Under the pieces are notes generated by a model. It searched no databases, was not told the DNA's origin, and was given only the letters and a program-made list of their open reading frames with translations. Shown here in pieces: positions 22,149-34,635 of a stretch of 64,000 nucleotides of DNA. The stretch is taken from NCBI GenBank assembly GCA_013265495.1, contig MU057560.1:508753-572752 (forward strand). The letters are read 5' to 3'. The translations under genes and the position numbers were made by a program. Source of the stretch: Vicugna vicugna (lineage: Eukaryota). Each line of letters starts with the position of its first letter. The stretch's first letter is position 1.

Positions 22149-25112
22149 AGCAAGAGAAAACTCCCAGGACATCAGGGGGACCATCACCCATCCCAGAAGC
22201 AGTGCATGATCTAATACCTTAGGGGAGAATGGGAGGAGGACAGAGAGCCAATTATACCTTGGTTAAACCCACAGCCAGCACCTCAACGTGACTAAGCAAC
22301 ATTCTGGAATCTGTCTGGGGGTCCTAATGATGTAGGACCTTGTCCTTGCTCCCACCTTTAGAGGAAGCACATGTAAGAAGCCAGAAGGTATAACATGAGA
22401 TGAAGAATAAGAGCAGATGGCAGCCTGCTTTCCCACTGAAGGCTGCAGAGCCTTATTCAGACCTGGGTCCTGGGTAGGAATCAACTTAAACATGGATGTG
22501 AGATACAAGTGCTGGTTTAGACCAGCTTGGAGTTTTCAATGATGGAAAATGAGTTTATTCCAATGCACGGATATGATGTAAAAAGGTATAAAAACTACCT
22601 GTTCAGGAATAGAGAAAAGAAAACCAATAAAGTGGGTTTGAAAACCACAGTGGGAGAAAAAATACACTGTCTTCACTTGCCTGTCAAGTTCAACCCACGC
22701 AGTGTGTCACCGACAGTCATGCACGCATGCAAAGGTTTTTAAACAGAGTATGGTGCGATAGGAAAAGTGTGTGAGGAGTATTCCCCTCTGAAGTTTAGAC
22801 GTGTTTAAGAAGCCAGTGTCATTCATATACCCAGTCGCTGACAGTATTTCTTCTCTTTGCCGCCCAGTCCCTCTTCCCTGCTCTCTCCATTTCACTGATC
22901 TACACCCAGTACGGAAAGTCACTGGGCTCCTGCTAGGTAAGTGCTACGTTGAGGAACGTACAGGAACACAAAAGCACCTGTCTGCAGTAGATTCAGTAAG
23001 AGCTTGGCTCAAAATAGAGATTACCTCGTAAAAATAACAGCAACACTAACCAAAACGTCGTCTCAAAGATCTGACTTGTAAGACGAAAAACACCAAGTCT
23101 TCAAAATATTTTATACAGTCACTGTACTGAAGGTAACGTGTTTAAGTGGATGGCCAGATGGGCTGATAATGCTTAAAAAAAGTTAATTAAAGGACAGGAA
23201 AGTAAAAAGAAAGACTATACCCCAATCATCATTTTCACTACAGTAAGAACAATCATTACGCCACTGCGTATTGGGAGAAAAGAGAACGCGCTGGGTGTTG
23301 CAGCCCCAGCTCTGCGTGGACTTCCTGTTCGATCTGGAGTGAGTCTTTGGACATCTCTGAGCCTGCTTTCTCATCGGTAACTAGCAGCTCTAAACTTAAA
23401 TGCATATTCCCAGACTTTCAATGTCCAGAAAGCAATTAAATTTCCTGCTTTGCAATCTCCATAGTTTAATGCTTACGTTGGTCTTTTCCATGACAATTCC
23501 AGGAGGTAAGCAAATTCACCCCTATTCCGCCTCCTACAGCATCTTTCCCACAAGGTAAACTGGACTTTAGGGTAACAGATGTTTGCTTATTCTAGGAAGA
23601 CAATGCTGTGAAATTCTGGCAGGTTGGTGCATTTGTTTTCAAGCATGAGAGTTTTAGGCATCGTGAACATTTATTTATAAGGTGTCAGTGATGCCGGCTG
23701 GACAAGATGTAGTCTCTGTCCATTACTGCTTCTCCGTGGAACGAGATGACCACAGCAGTGGTCACTGAGCGGGAGGCAGACTCAACAGGGGCTTTTTGAA
23801 GGATGCCTACCACAGTCAAAGAATATGGCCATTTTTAATGAGGCATGATCTTTTCATTTGGAGTTGCGATTTACCAGCAGGGTAACTTTTTTCAGCTTGT
23901 TCTGTTCTGGGTTCTGCAGGTTAGCTAGCGAAGCTCAAATGTGACTGGCAAGCAGAGCCCCTTAAAGCTGTCAGGCCACCTTGCAATTAGGCATCATGCC
24001 ACTCGAACAGATGGCGTGAATGATGGCATGCCAGACAGCCAATACGCATCTCAACATTGAGCATTCAGAGAGAATTTCCTCTCTCAGAATGCCAAAATAT
24101 GAATCTATGACATAGCGAGCAATAAAATATTTTACATAGCGCACGGATTTTAGAAAGAATAATGCTGATTTTATATAGGGTCAATATGGGGCCCATTATA
24201 GACTCATAGATTCTCAGGGTTAAAAGGCATTTTAAAGACAATGAATTTTGGCGACTCACCAGATGCTCCATTCATTCATATATCCATCCAAAACTATTGA
24301 ACCCCCATGATGAGTTAGGCACCACCTACCTATCTGCACAGATAGCTGGCCTCAGCATCCTTAAGCCTGGCCTGTACCACATACACTGACGGGGAACTCA
24401 CCACTGTGAACACTCGGTATCCATGTCATCCTCTAGCAAAAGTCTCCAATCTTGACCACACCTTATTCACATACAACTTTCGGAGCCAAATCCACTCCTA
24501 AACTTGTAATTGGTTCTAAGATGGTTGCAACAGCTTTAAGCAGAATTGAAAAATCGTTTGGTACTTGTTCTTGAAATTGGAATGTAAGCCATCGTTCAAT
24601 GTTATCACCTCCTAACTTGATTTGTTTTTTATAAAATACATCAGGCTTTGTGATCCAAGGAGAGACAACAAGAAGACTGTGGTTTTGAGAATGTCGCCAT
24701 CGGGAACGTGTGCAGGGCAGCGACGTGATGGACAGGAGTTCCGCAGCAGCCTTTTGCTCCTCGGTCTGCTCTCCATGGAAAGCTGGCTTGGGACTCACAG
24801 AGGCGAAAACAGGGCCTCTTCCCTGGCTGTTCCACAGTCCAGATCTACAGGCTGTGCCCAACTACCCAGAAAGAGGGATGCCCAGCAGTGGAAGCACAGG
24901 TGGAAGGCGCTTCTCTGTGGTCTCCTGGAAGGGTTGAACACTGAGATCTGAGCAGCGTTGTGCCAGGGGTCTGATGCACAGGTAGCAAACACCCCAGGGG
25001 GCAGCTCTGGCGTGGACTTCGGTGGGTCTCATCCACAGTGACGGTGTGGGACGTTGGTGGCAGCGCCCTCCCTGCCATGATGAGCATACTGACTACTCTT
25101 GACATTGGATGG

Positions 25113-25571
25113 TGTTATGGATGGAAACGTACCCCTTGGAAATTTGTATGTTGAAGTCCTGACCCCCAGCACCTGAGTGTGTGAGCTCGTGTGGAAATAG
25201 GGCTGTTGTATGTATAGTTAAAGATGAAGTCACTCTGGAGGAGAGTGGGTGCCTGATCCAGCTCTTATTAAAAGGGAAAATTTAGATCTAGCCTTGCACA
25301 CAAGTAGACGGCCAGGTGAAGGTGAGGCACATACTGGGGTGAAGCATCTATGAGCCAAGGGAGGACCAAGGTCGCCAGTAAGCCACCAACAGCCAGGGGG
25401 CAGTGGGGGAGCCGGTTCTCCCACATGGCCCTCAGGAAAGCCAACCCTGCCCGCACCTTGATCTTGGACATCTGGCCTCCAGAATCGTGCACCAGTTTCT
25501 CTATCTGTTGTCCTTGCTTCAGTCACCCAACCTGTGGTCATTTATTACAGCAGCCTGAGGAAACTGACACC
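25113..25571 (+). mobile_element. MLT1 (MaLR) solo LTR
   Basis: Runs from TGTTATGGATGG to CAGCAGCCTGAGGAAACTGACAC. 5-bp TSD GATGG at 25108-25112 and 25572-25576. Confidence 0.9.
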
Positions 25572-28074
25572 GATGGGAAAGGGGACATTCCTCTAACTGA
25601 CAAAGTTACATCAAGATTGTACAAGCATTAGAGATAAAATTACAACATCTTGTCCTCCATAGTAATTATTAATCTAAGACTTGCTTGTTAGATGAATGAA
25701 TAAATGATGAATCCGGTGAAATATTTTTAAAACCTTTGCCACGTCCACACACAAAGTACCGAACCCCACACTGACATCCAGAGCCCTGGGACGGGCCAGT
25801 GCCTCTGCCCCTGCGTCACATGCAGGGAGTGAAAAACACACACATTAACACATCTGGTTATAAATACACATAAACTCAAGCAGAGGGCAAGCATCCTGCT
25901 TTTGTACCTTTGTTCTTCTTTGTTGCGTGCAGTCATCCGTGGGCTACCCTCTCTCCCCTCAGAGTCGAGGAAAACCCTCCAAGTTGTGAGCCCGTGTTGG
26001 GTTTTGTGATTCTGTGCTTACGCTCCAAGTTACTCACGTCGCTTTTTTCCAAAGGCCGTCACAGGAAGCACGATGGCACAAACTTCTGTCTACCTAACGG
26101 AGCCGTCTTAAAGGAGGGCCATCTTGTCAAAGACAGAGGAAAAAAAAGGTTAAGAAAACACCAGTTAAACTCATGTGCAGATATTAGCAGTTTCCCTGTG
26201 ACACCAAAGGGGCAGTGGTCACTTCGGGGCCGCGTCCAGTCCAGGCGCTCAGCGTCACTTGGAACGGGTGCATCTTCTGGCACGTTCCGTATCTGCACAT
26301 GTGCTCATTTGTGGCATTGATCGTAGTCGTAATTACTTGTAAACCTCGTTCAAGGTGTCAGTCTCTCTTCCTGCTGAATGTCCAACACCGATGACAGCTC
26401 CGAGCCCAGCAGTGTGTAGCACGTGGGTACATACAAATACCTCACGTAACATAGTAAGGGGACACATACAGGACTCGGCCTCTGGACAGCCCCCAACGGG
26501 GCACGACCGGCCCGCAAGCTTTTGTGCACACAGCACCCCTTTCTGCATTCGGGGTAAATTCAGAACGAGGCGCTGGGCACACACCAACTCTAAAAGCAAT
26601 GTCAGATCTTAGGGCTTTCCTTTTACTCATTCTGATTCACAGCCTGGGCCAACATCCTCTCTAAGAGCACACCCCCGTGATGTAATGAAAGCTTACATCG
26701 TCTTCAGAGTATTCCACACACAAGTGAGGTGACATCCAGCGAAGACAGAAGGAACGGTGCAGAGTCTACGCTGAATTTCTCTGGGCTGACTGTCACCTGA
26801 ATGAAGAGACTCCGTGCACGGAGCCCAGTCTGATGCCGCACACGTGCTGGCCCCCAGTCCAGGCTGCTCTTCCTCCCCTGCGGCGAGGTCCTTGGGCTGT
26901 TCCCCAGCCCCCCAGCCCCCCAGCCCCTCTCCCTATCCCCATCCCACAGAACGATGAGATCCTTGGCTCTTCTGGAGAGTAAATAGCTGAAGGCTTTGGT
27001 TTGGGGGAGGAAGGGCATTTGCGCTAAGGCCAAAGGCAAAGGCACAATCTTTGGTAAAGCACCCAGCTTAGTTTCCAGGGATACATTCAAAAATTGGACA
27101 GAAGGAGTAACCCGCAGTGACTCTGTACTGAAAGTGATTAGTTCTGATTCAAACACAATGTGACCGAAACCTGTCGTCCCACCACCGGCTGCAGGTTTGA
27201 TGCCTTGTAGCTTTCTCTGCTAAGACTGCCGTCGGATCTCAGAGTCAAACCTCGGAGTTTTCAAACCACTTCGGCGACTCTGTCAATTATACATCGATGA
27301 AAACATAATTTTATTTTACCAGTTTGGAGATGATGAAAACAAATTCTCCTCTTTGAATATTTTTCCAGCACTGCTCTGTGAAGCGCACACATAGCAAAGT
27401 ATTTCGGTAAAGACAAATGGACACCAGCTTTTGTTAAAACTTGCACCTGGAGAGCAGCCTCAGAGATCAAAGCCTCTGACCATCCGACTGACAGACAGAA
27501 TGCAATTTAAGGCGCATTTAGGAATTTAAGATACATTTACAACAACTACAAGGCCAGTGGAACTAAATGCATAATATTTTTCACTCACTTGTGCCAAGCC
27601 TGTCTGAAAATAGATGAAAAGGATCCTGTTCCCCTCCCCCGTTTTCTCCATGGAAGGGAAGTTCCAAACCCCAGCCCTCAGGAGGCCGGCCAGCCGCTTC
27701 CTGCCTCTGCGGGTGCTGCCTCACGAGACCGTAGGGTGATGCTCCCCCAACCAAACGCTCCACTTTGCAGAACCGGTTACACTCTACCACTCCCGGTTGT
27801 GCGTGTGGAGGGATGTGCTGAAGACTGTCCGCTGCACCCAGGGTCAATACAAGAAGCGAATGAAGAAAGACTGCAGGGAAACTGCTAGAATGCAGCAGGA
27901 GGTCTGAACACAGCTTGCTCGCCGTGTCTATAGAGGGAGCCACATGTGGATCAGAGGTGGCAAGGACCAGGGGCCAGAATGACACGAGGATGGGGGATGG
28001 ATGCGGTGAGCACATGCATGAAAAGTTTTAGGGGTCTCTGTTAAGGGGATCAAGATTCATCCACTCTTTTCTCC

Positions 28075-28240
28075 GTGCATTCATTCGACAGAGACTGATG
28101 TGTGGTCGCTAGCTTCCCGGCATGCGTCGGGCTGTGGGGAGCAACTCAGTGAGCAAGGCACAAGTGTCTGGCTCTCCCGCAGTCTCAGTTCCAGGGAACG
28201 TGGGAGAAAGGCCAGGAGTGAGCAAGCCGGGGGGAGGATG
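28075..28240 (-). mobile_element. L2 3' fragment
   Basis: GCATTCATTCGACAGAGAC...CAGTGAGCAAGGCACAAG...CTCAGTTCCAG. Confidence 0.5.
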
Positions 28241-28270
28241 GGATCCTTGCCGATAATCATTTATACCTTA

Positions 28271-28295
28271 AAAATAAATAAATAAATAAATAAAA
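28271..28295. repeat. (AAAT)n microsatellite
   Basis: Read directly from the sequence. Confidence 0.9.
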
Positions 28296-29764
28296 CAGGG
28301 GGAAGGAGTTAAGCCCTTAAAAGAGACTTACATCACGTGAACAAAATGGGATCTAAGCAACCCGAGGAGGGGCCAGATGTGAATGTTGAGGAGAATCGTG
28401 AGCTGCAGGAAGATGAATTAATGGGAGCAACATTTCCAGGAAGCACGAAACACGCACAGAGGTCCTGGGCTGGGGACGTAATGAACAATGAAAAACGCCC
28501 TGTCCCATCTGGGACATCCATGACTCTAGAAATACCTGAATACAGAAGATGTGCCCCCCAAATGCTTCTTAGATCCACACCTAGACTGATCCTGCACTCA
28601 TTACATTAAAAGAATAAAGCAACGTCTTAGAAGCATGTATTCATCCATTGGGTGCAGGGGTGGGGGGCAGGGCTCACCTACAAAAGCACAAAACGGGAGG
28701 TGAATCTCAGACTCAGTAAGCGCTAAGCCGTCTTGTCGTGTAGACGGCTCTGGAGTGCTGGTGGGTAAAACCTGAGTTTTAGGAACTGTGCTCAGCCAGA
28801 CTGACTTATATTGTCATCAGATACAGAACTGCTTTAAAAACAAGTCAACATTTTATCTTTGGGGAACATAACAGTGTTACCCGAATGATGATGGCCAACT
28901 GAGGAAAAAAAATCTGATTAAGAGAATATAAGATATTATTTTAAAAACATAATTGATTGACCGAAGCGTTATCAACAGACCCAGTATCCCGAATGTTTCC
29001 TTAGGAAAATTAAATATCATCTCAGCAAAACCCGTCCTTTTGAGTCGGCCACAGTTAAACCTCTACCCAAACGATTTGGTTCATGATGACATTAGATCCT
29101 TAAAAGTAAATCGTTAGCATGAATTGTTTCCCCTTCTCGTATGAACATTCACATAATTAGACCAAAGAAATGCATCTGAAAAAAAGCCTTTCTTTTAGAC
29201 AACATATACACTGAATTAAGATCTGATAAAATATGATCACAAGCATGTGACATGGCACTGAAAGCCATGTTCCAGTGACTATGACAATGTGACAAACTTA
29301 GTGCTTAACACAAGATCAACATCGATTTCTTTTCCTCCCCAGTGGCCTCTGGGGCAGGTCTCCACGGGGACAGCATCCCTGCTTCACCCGGCGCAGGGAG
29401 GTGGCTCCTGGCTGGGAGGTGTCCTCACTCACGGGTGGCTGCTGGGACCACACTGAGCCCCTTGGGTTTCTCCGCGTCTACTTGGGGTCTCCGGGGTGAA
29501 CAAACACACCGCAAGACCGTTCAGGACTCCCTGGGTGCAACCCCAAGAAAGAGAAGGAGCTGGAAGGAAGCCTTGCACGGCCCAGCCTCGGAGGGAGCCT
29601 GTGTCCCCCTGTCCTGTGTCTTCTTCCTGAGAAGTGCGACCTGAAAGCCAGCACAGTTCAACAGGAGGGCACAAAATCCCGCCTTGGTCACAGCCATGTC
29701 AAAGGCTACAAACGAGTTTTCCAACCACTGGGGCCAGAGAGAAGAGGCTGAACGGTAAAGGGTC

Positions 29765-29885
29765 GGGGGAGGTCTGCTCGAGTGGCAGAGCGCACACTTA
29801 GCATGCGTGAGGTCCTGGGTTCATCCCCAGCACCCCTTCTAAAAATAAGTAAGTGAACTTAATTACTTCCCCCCAAAAAAATTTT
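29765..29885 (+). mobile_element. Vic-1-type SINE
   Basis: GGGGGAGG...GCTCGAGTGGCAGAGCGCACACTTAGCATGCGTGAGGTCCTGGGTTCATCCCCAGCACC with the same tail as the other copies. Confidence 0.85.
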
Positions 29886-30654
29886 TCATTAAGATTGAAA
29901 GACAAAATACGTGAATGCAACATGGATAGGTACTTATTCTGTCATCGCACTTCCCCAGTTTTCTTCAATAGGTGTTTTCTTAAGAAAAAAAACATTAAAA
30001 TTAGTACTGAGAGGTTTTTCAGGGCTGCATCTAATGCCTCTCCACCATCTCCCGAATCTCTCTCTTCACATGTCCTGTTTCTTTATTGTCTAAACACATT
30101 TGTTTCTTAATAATATACCATCTAGAGGCAGCTTGATGAGAGCCAGTAACACACCAGGAGTCAGGAAAACCATGAAACGGGAAAATGTGCGTTCTCATCC
30201 TGCCCCTCACTGGGGACATGAACTCGGGAGTCCGTTTAGCTGCTCTGAGCTGCAGACCCATTAGAGGGAATTCAAAATGCCTCTCTCACAGGAACGGCCT
30301 GAGGACTGGTCCGATGATATGTACAAACCCCTTGCAGAATGCATCACACCATGAGGAGGTACCCCATGAACACCGTCTGGAGGGGAAGGTCTCCCAGGGA
30401 GCACCCAGGCCAGAGTGACATTTGCATCCCTTCAGGGGATGGATCAGTAGAGAAGGCTCAGCAGCGCAGCATGTTGGAAACCAGCACAACTGTTCTTTGC
30501 ATCAGTAAGAAAACACACACACACGCACACACACACAGCACTTAAAAGAAGGCAGGTGTGGCCCTTGTGAAGCCTGGACGAGGATTTCCAAGTGCAGAGC
30601 AAAGCAGGGTCCTTCCATCTGCCTAGAGAAGGCGCGTGTCCTCATCACCCGTTT

Positions 30655-31020
30655 CCAAAGGTGAAAATTAATGTGTAGCTTTGCCACAAGCTTGAAGAGG
30701 GGCACAGAACCAACCAATTAGTCCACAGGGCGCCCCAGGCAGAGCCCGCCGGGAGCCGCGGGGGGCAGGCTGTGCGCGCGGCGACAGCAGATGCCCACTC
30801 GCGACAGGCAGCCCATTGTGAGAAAGCAAATTTCACAAATTAGCAAGTAAGGGGGAAAAAAAACGTAATTAAAAGGATGAGGGACACGGAATCGTGGCAT
30901 GTGCAGTGTTCATTTATTTTGACAAGCATAATTTAATTTCACTTATTTAGGGTAATATTTCATCGTGCGCTAATGAATGCGCTCTTGTCTCTTTTGTAGA
31001 AGTAATGGAATATTAGTAAT
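30655..31020. promoter_or_regulatory. Candidate enhancer or conserved non-coding element
   Basis: Non-repetitive segment with many TAAT/ATTA cores around a CpG-rich patch. Confidence 0.45.
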
Positions 31021-31399
31021 ATGAGACCTCACTGCTGTTCTCTGTTATTCAATCGCTCCTGACAGGTGAGGCGAGACCACCGAGGGGCGTGCATTCCAGT
31101 GGCTGGGTTGGGGGAAACGGCAGCGTGAAAATCAGTGAGAATTCACTAAGGGACCACAATGAAGGTTTCTCAGTGTTTGCTGGTAAGTGAGCAGCATACA
31201 GATTTCAAGCAATGTACTAGGTGACGTGTTCAGTCTCCTTCTGGTATGATCTAGACCGACTCTTCTCTGGGAAATCAGAATCACCTTTTTTTTAGAAGGC
31301 ATTTTATATGCCAAGAAGCAATACTTCTTCCAGATTTTCCTATTTCTACCAATAAATCTCTCTTCCTTCAAGACAAAACCTTCCAATTACCCTTTGCCT

Positions 31400-33020
31400 T
31401 TATTTTTAATTCCCCTCCTCCGCTCGTTCATCGACACAGCCCTCACAATTCTCTGTCCAAGTCTCTCCCATCCTTTCTGCTCAGCCCTCGTCACCTGAGT
31501 TGGTCACCCTCTCCCGCCACCCCTTCCAGCCTTTGCCATCCTTTATCTCCCTTCAGCCTCGTGCTCATTTACGTTAGGCTGATCTTGAAGTGTTCTTGTG
31601 AACGTGCCAGCACTCAGTCCAAGAACTCCAGTGGTTCTGCATCGCTGCTGATGAGAGCAATGGGCTGAAGTCTATGTTCCTGGACAGGAACCCGAGACCC
31701 TCGCCAGGAGCCGGCCTCCATCTTTCTAAGCCTATTTCCTCTTACCCTTTATATGAGCCTAGTCTTCCAGCCCGTCGGTGTCCTTGGGTAAACACAGTCA
31801 TTGGACCTCAGTCTCTCCATCTACAAATCATGGAGGCAATCGAGCCACAGTAACTCTCGGCTCCCCTTTGCTTAGTTTACTTTGATTAGTTTTCAATTCA
31901 CCCTTTGATCTACTGACATCGCTCATCTGACATTCACCTGAATCCTCAGACTTGCCGAACCCAGTGGGCAGTGGTCCTGGCTCCTCTGACCAGCACCGCC
32001 CAGGGCATCTCTCCTCTTAACTTTTGTGATTTTCCCCTTCTCTGGGGCTCCTCCTTCTTCTTGCATCATCTGCTCCCACTCTGCTCCCATCCCCAATTTC
32101 CTTCTTTTCATTTTCTTTAAGCTGAATCATTCCCCAGAATTTTACAAATATCTTTTTGCTACTTTTATTTTTTGTGGCTTATACAACTGGCTCAGCACTG
32201 CTCTGGGAAGCTGCTGACTTACAGATCTCCACGCCAGCCCGCATCTCTCTCCAGGGCTCTGGGCTCCCTTGCCTGGCTGGGCGGTCCACGTTGCTCCCCA
32301 CGTATCTTACTGGTACCTCAAACCAAAAGTGACGCTGACTTCAATCATCATGTCATCACCAAAGGGTGCTTTATCTCTGCATCCCTTGCTTTAACGAGGA
32401 GTGTCATCTCCACTCCGGCTGGCCAAACTGGACTCCAACCCTCCCCACTCTAGCTTCATTTTGAATTCCCCAACGTGCTCCTTAAGTGACTCAAGAATCA
32501 ACTGTCACCGCCTCAGCCCAGAGCCTCACGGTCTCCTTTTCTTTGAAGGAGTTTCCCTCAATTTGTCTGATCCCCTTTTTCTTCCCCAGGAAGCTGATCC
32601 TTGGACGCAGTTACCAAGGCGTGGCTTCAACTTCAGGGTTTCCCCTGCAACCTCCCAGGTGGAATCTGTGCTACAGCCCTTCACCAAAAGCTGGTTCTGT
32701 GAACTGGGTGGCCCTTGAGGGTAGTCTCGACCCTGCTTCCTCTTCTACTTCAACCCACACCATGCTTTGGACTGATTTTCACACAGTCCAATGTTACCTT
32801 CCCCGATCCGACCCCTCCTAGTGACAGCGGTCTCCTCTGTCCTCACAGCCCCCCGACCCCTAAGCAGCCTCCCACCTCAGTTGTCCTGTAATTGTCGGTC
32901 TGTCTTGCTTCCCCATCAGACTGTGGACTTTGAGGGTAAGAGTCCTGCTTGTCTTATGGACGCCTGTCACGCCAATGTTTTTCCCCGTTTCCGGCAGGCA
33001 GGAGACACTGCGTTTCCTGT
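31400..33020 (+). mobile_element. Degenerate L2 and MIR fragments
   Basis: Long pyrimidine-rich L2-like stretch, L2 3' motif CCCCATCAGACTGTGGACTTTGAGGG, and MIR-like CCTCAGTCTCTCCATCTACAAA near 31806. Confidence 0.45.
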
Positions 33021-34519
33021 GCTAATAAACAAACAATTGATGACAACAGTTTGCTCTCTCCTGCTGGAATACCCAGCAGTGAGAGTTTGCTGTCTCCCGT
33101 CGTGGATGATCTGGTTCCCAACCCCATGTCTGGATGATACCTTTGGCTCTAGGTCGAGCCTACGAGCATCTCCAGCCAGGCAGCCCCTGGCAGGACAGAG
33201 GGAAAACAGAGAAGACGAAGGAGGAGGAGTGAAACCCGGCGGGTGCCTGGGTTGTGTCCTTGTTCACGCCCTCTTGGATTCACCGTCCCAACATTTAACA
33301 CTTGAACTCTCAGCTGCTGAGATCTGGAGTGAAGGAGCTCAGTTAGTCAACAAGACATGACAACATTCTGTTGCAGTGAGATTACTCACACCTACGCACA
33401 CCGACGGGGCGTCAGGAGACACAGAGTAAAGTCCCGCAGCTTCCGAGACCTGAAACCGGCGTTCTCCTCCAGCAGCACCCGGGAGGATGTTCCAAGAGAG
33501 AAAACACACAAGACGCACGGCGTCTCTAACTGAAATGCGATGGAAGAATGGGGCCCATAGGATTCGAAAGATATTTTCCGTTCCCGTGTTCCTACACGGG
33601 TGTGGTAAAGTGGACTGACAAAGAATGGTGCATTATTTCTAAATAGGGGACGAATGCACATTTCTAGAGGGGCACACTCCACGGACTGTCAAAATCTACA
33701 GACACCATGACACTGCAGTATAACTTCTATTCTGTTTATAATTTACTATTTATTCCTTAACGTTAATGCAAAATGCATATGTCTTTATTTGTTCCAGGAT
33801 AAGAAGGATGTTTAGAAAACACTGGGGGATGCTTCCGGCACAGTCACGTCTCTAATCACGATAGTTTCCTCTCTGTCACAGAAAAATCGAAGCTCCAGGG
33901 ATTCTGGATCAGGCTCCCACGGCCCTGAGAGTGTCTGACCTGGTCCACACAGATCTGGTCTCTGTTTTTCTGATACTTTCTGACCTTCACATCATCACCT
34001 TCCTTCAGAGAGACTCACGGGGGGCACCTTCCTTCTGGGAGGAGGTCGCCTTCCTTCTGGAAGGTCCATGGAAGGCAGCCTTTCTTCTGGTCAACGATGC
34101 CTTTCTGACTGGCATGTGGCTTCCCTACGTTGGTGCATGAAGCACTCTGGGAGGTGCTCTCCCACCACCGGCCGGAGGGCGAGCAGACTGAGGCACCTTG
34201 GAATGCTAGCCTTCCTGCACTCACTGACTGTAGAAGCATGGCGGTGCACCACGTCTGGGCTCCGGGGAGACAGCAGTAAACAAAGGAAGGGGTGCTCTGT
34301 CATGTAGGATGATCAGGGGAGGTGTCTCCAAGGAAGTGATATTAAAGACAAGGCAAAGAAAGCAAGCCAGTCACACAGAGAGCTGAGAAAGGATGGAGGT
34401 GATACTGGGGTACCTGTCTCCCAGCAGTCCCCCAGCCCCCCACCCACCCTGCCCAGCCCGCCCGCCCCCCACCTCCCTTTCCTGGGTCTCAGCTTCCCCA
34501 GGGCAAGTGGACAGCCCGA

Positions 34520-34635
34520 AGCCCCTCTGCCTCAATCTCCCTCTCTCTCCCGTCTCTCCATCTGTCTCTCTTGTGTCTCTCTGCCCTCTCTGTCTCTCTG
34601 TCTCTCTCTGTCTCTCCATCTCTCTCTCCTCTCAC
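34520..34635. repeat. CT-rich low-complexity (TC/TCTG)n tract
   Basis: Read directly from the sequence. Confidence 0.85.

Noticed and set aside
24463..24861. Protein-like stretch KKQIKLGGDNIERWLTFQFQEQVPNDFSILLK
   Set aside because: No recognised family and no convincing pair of splice sites.
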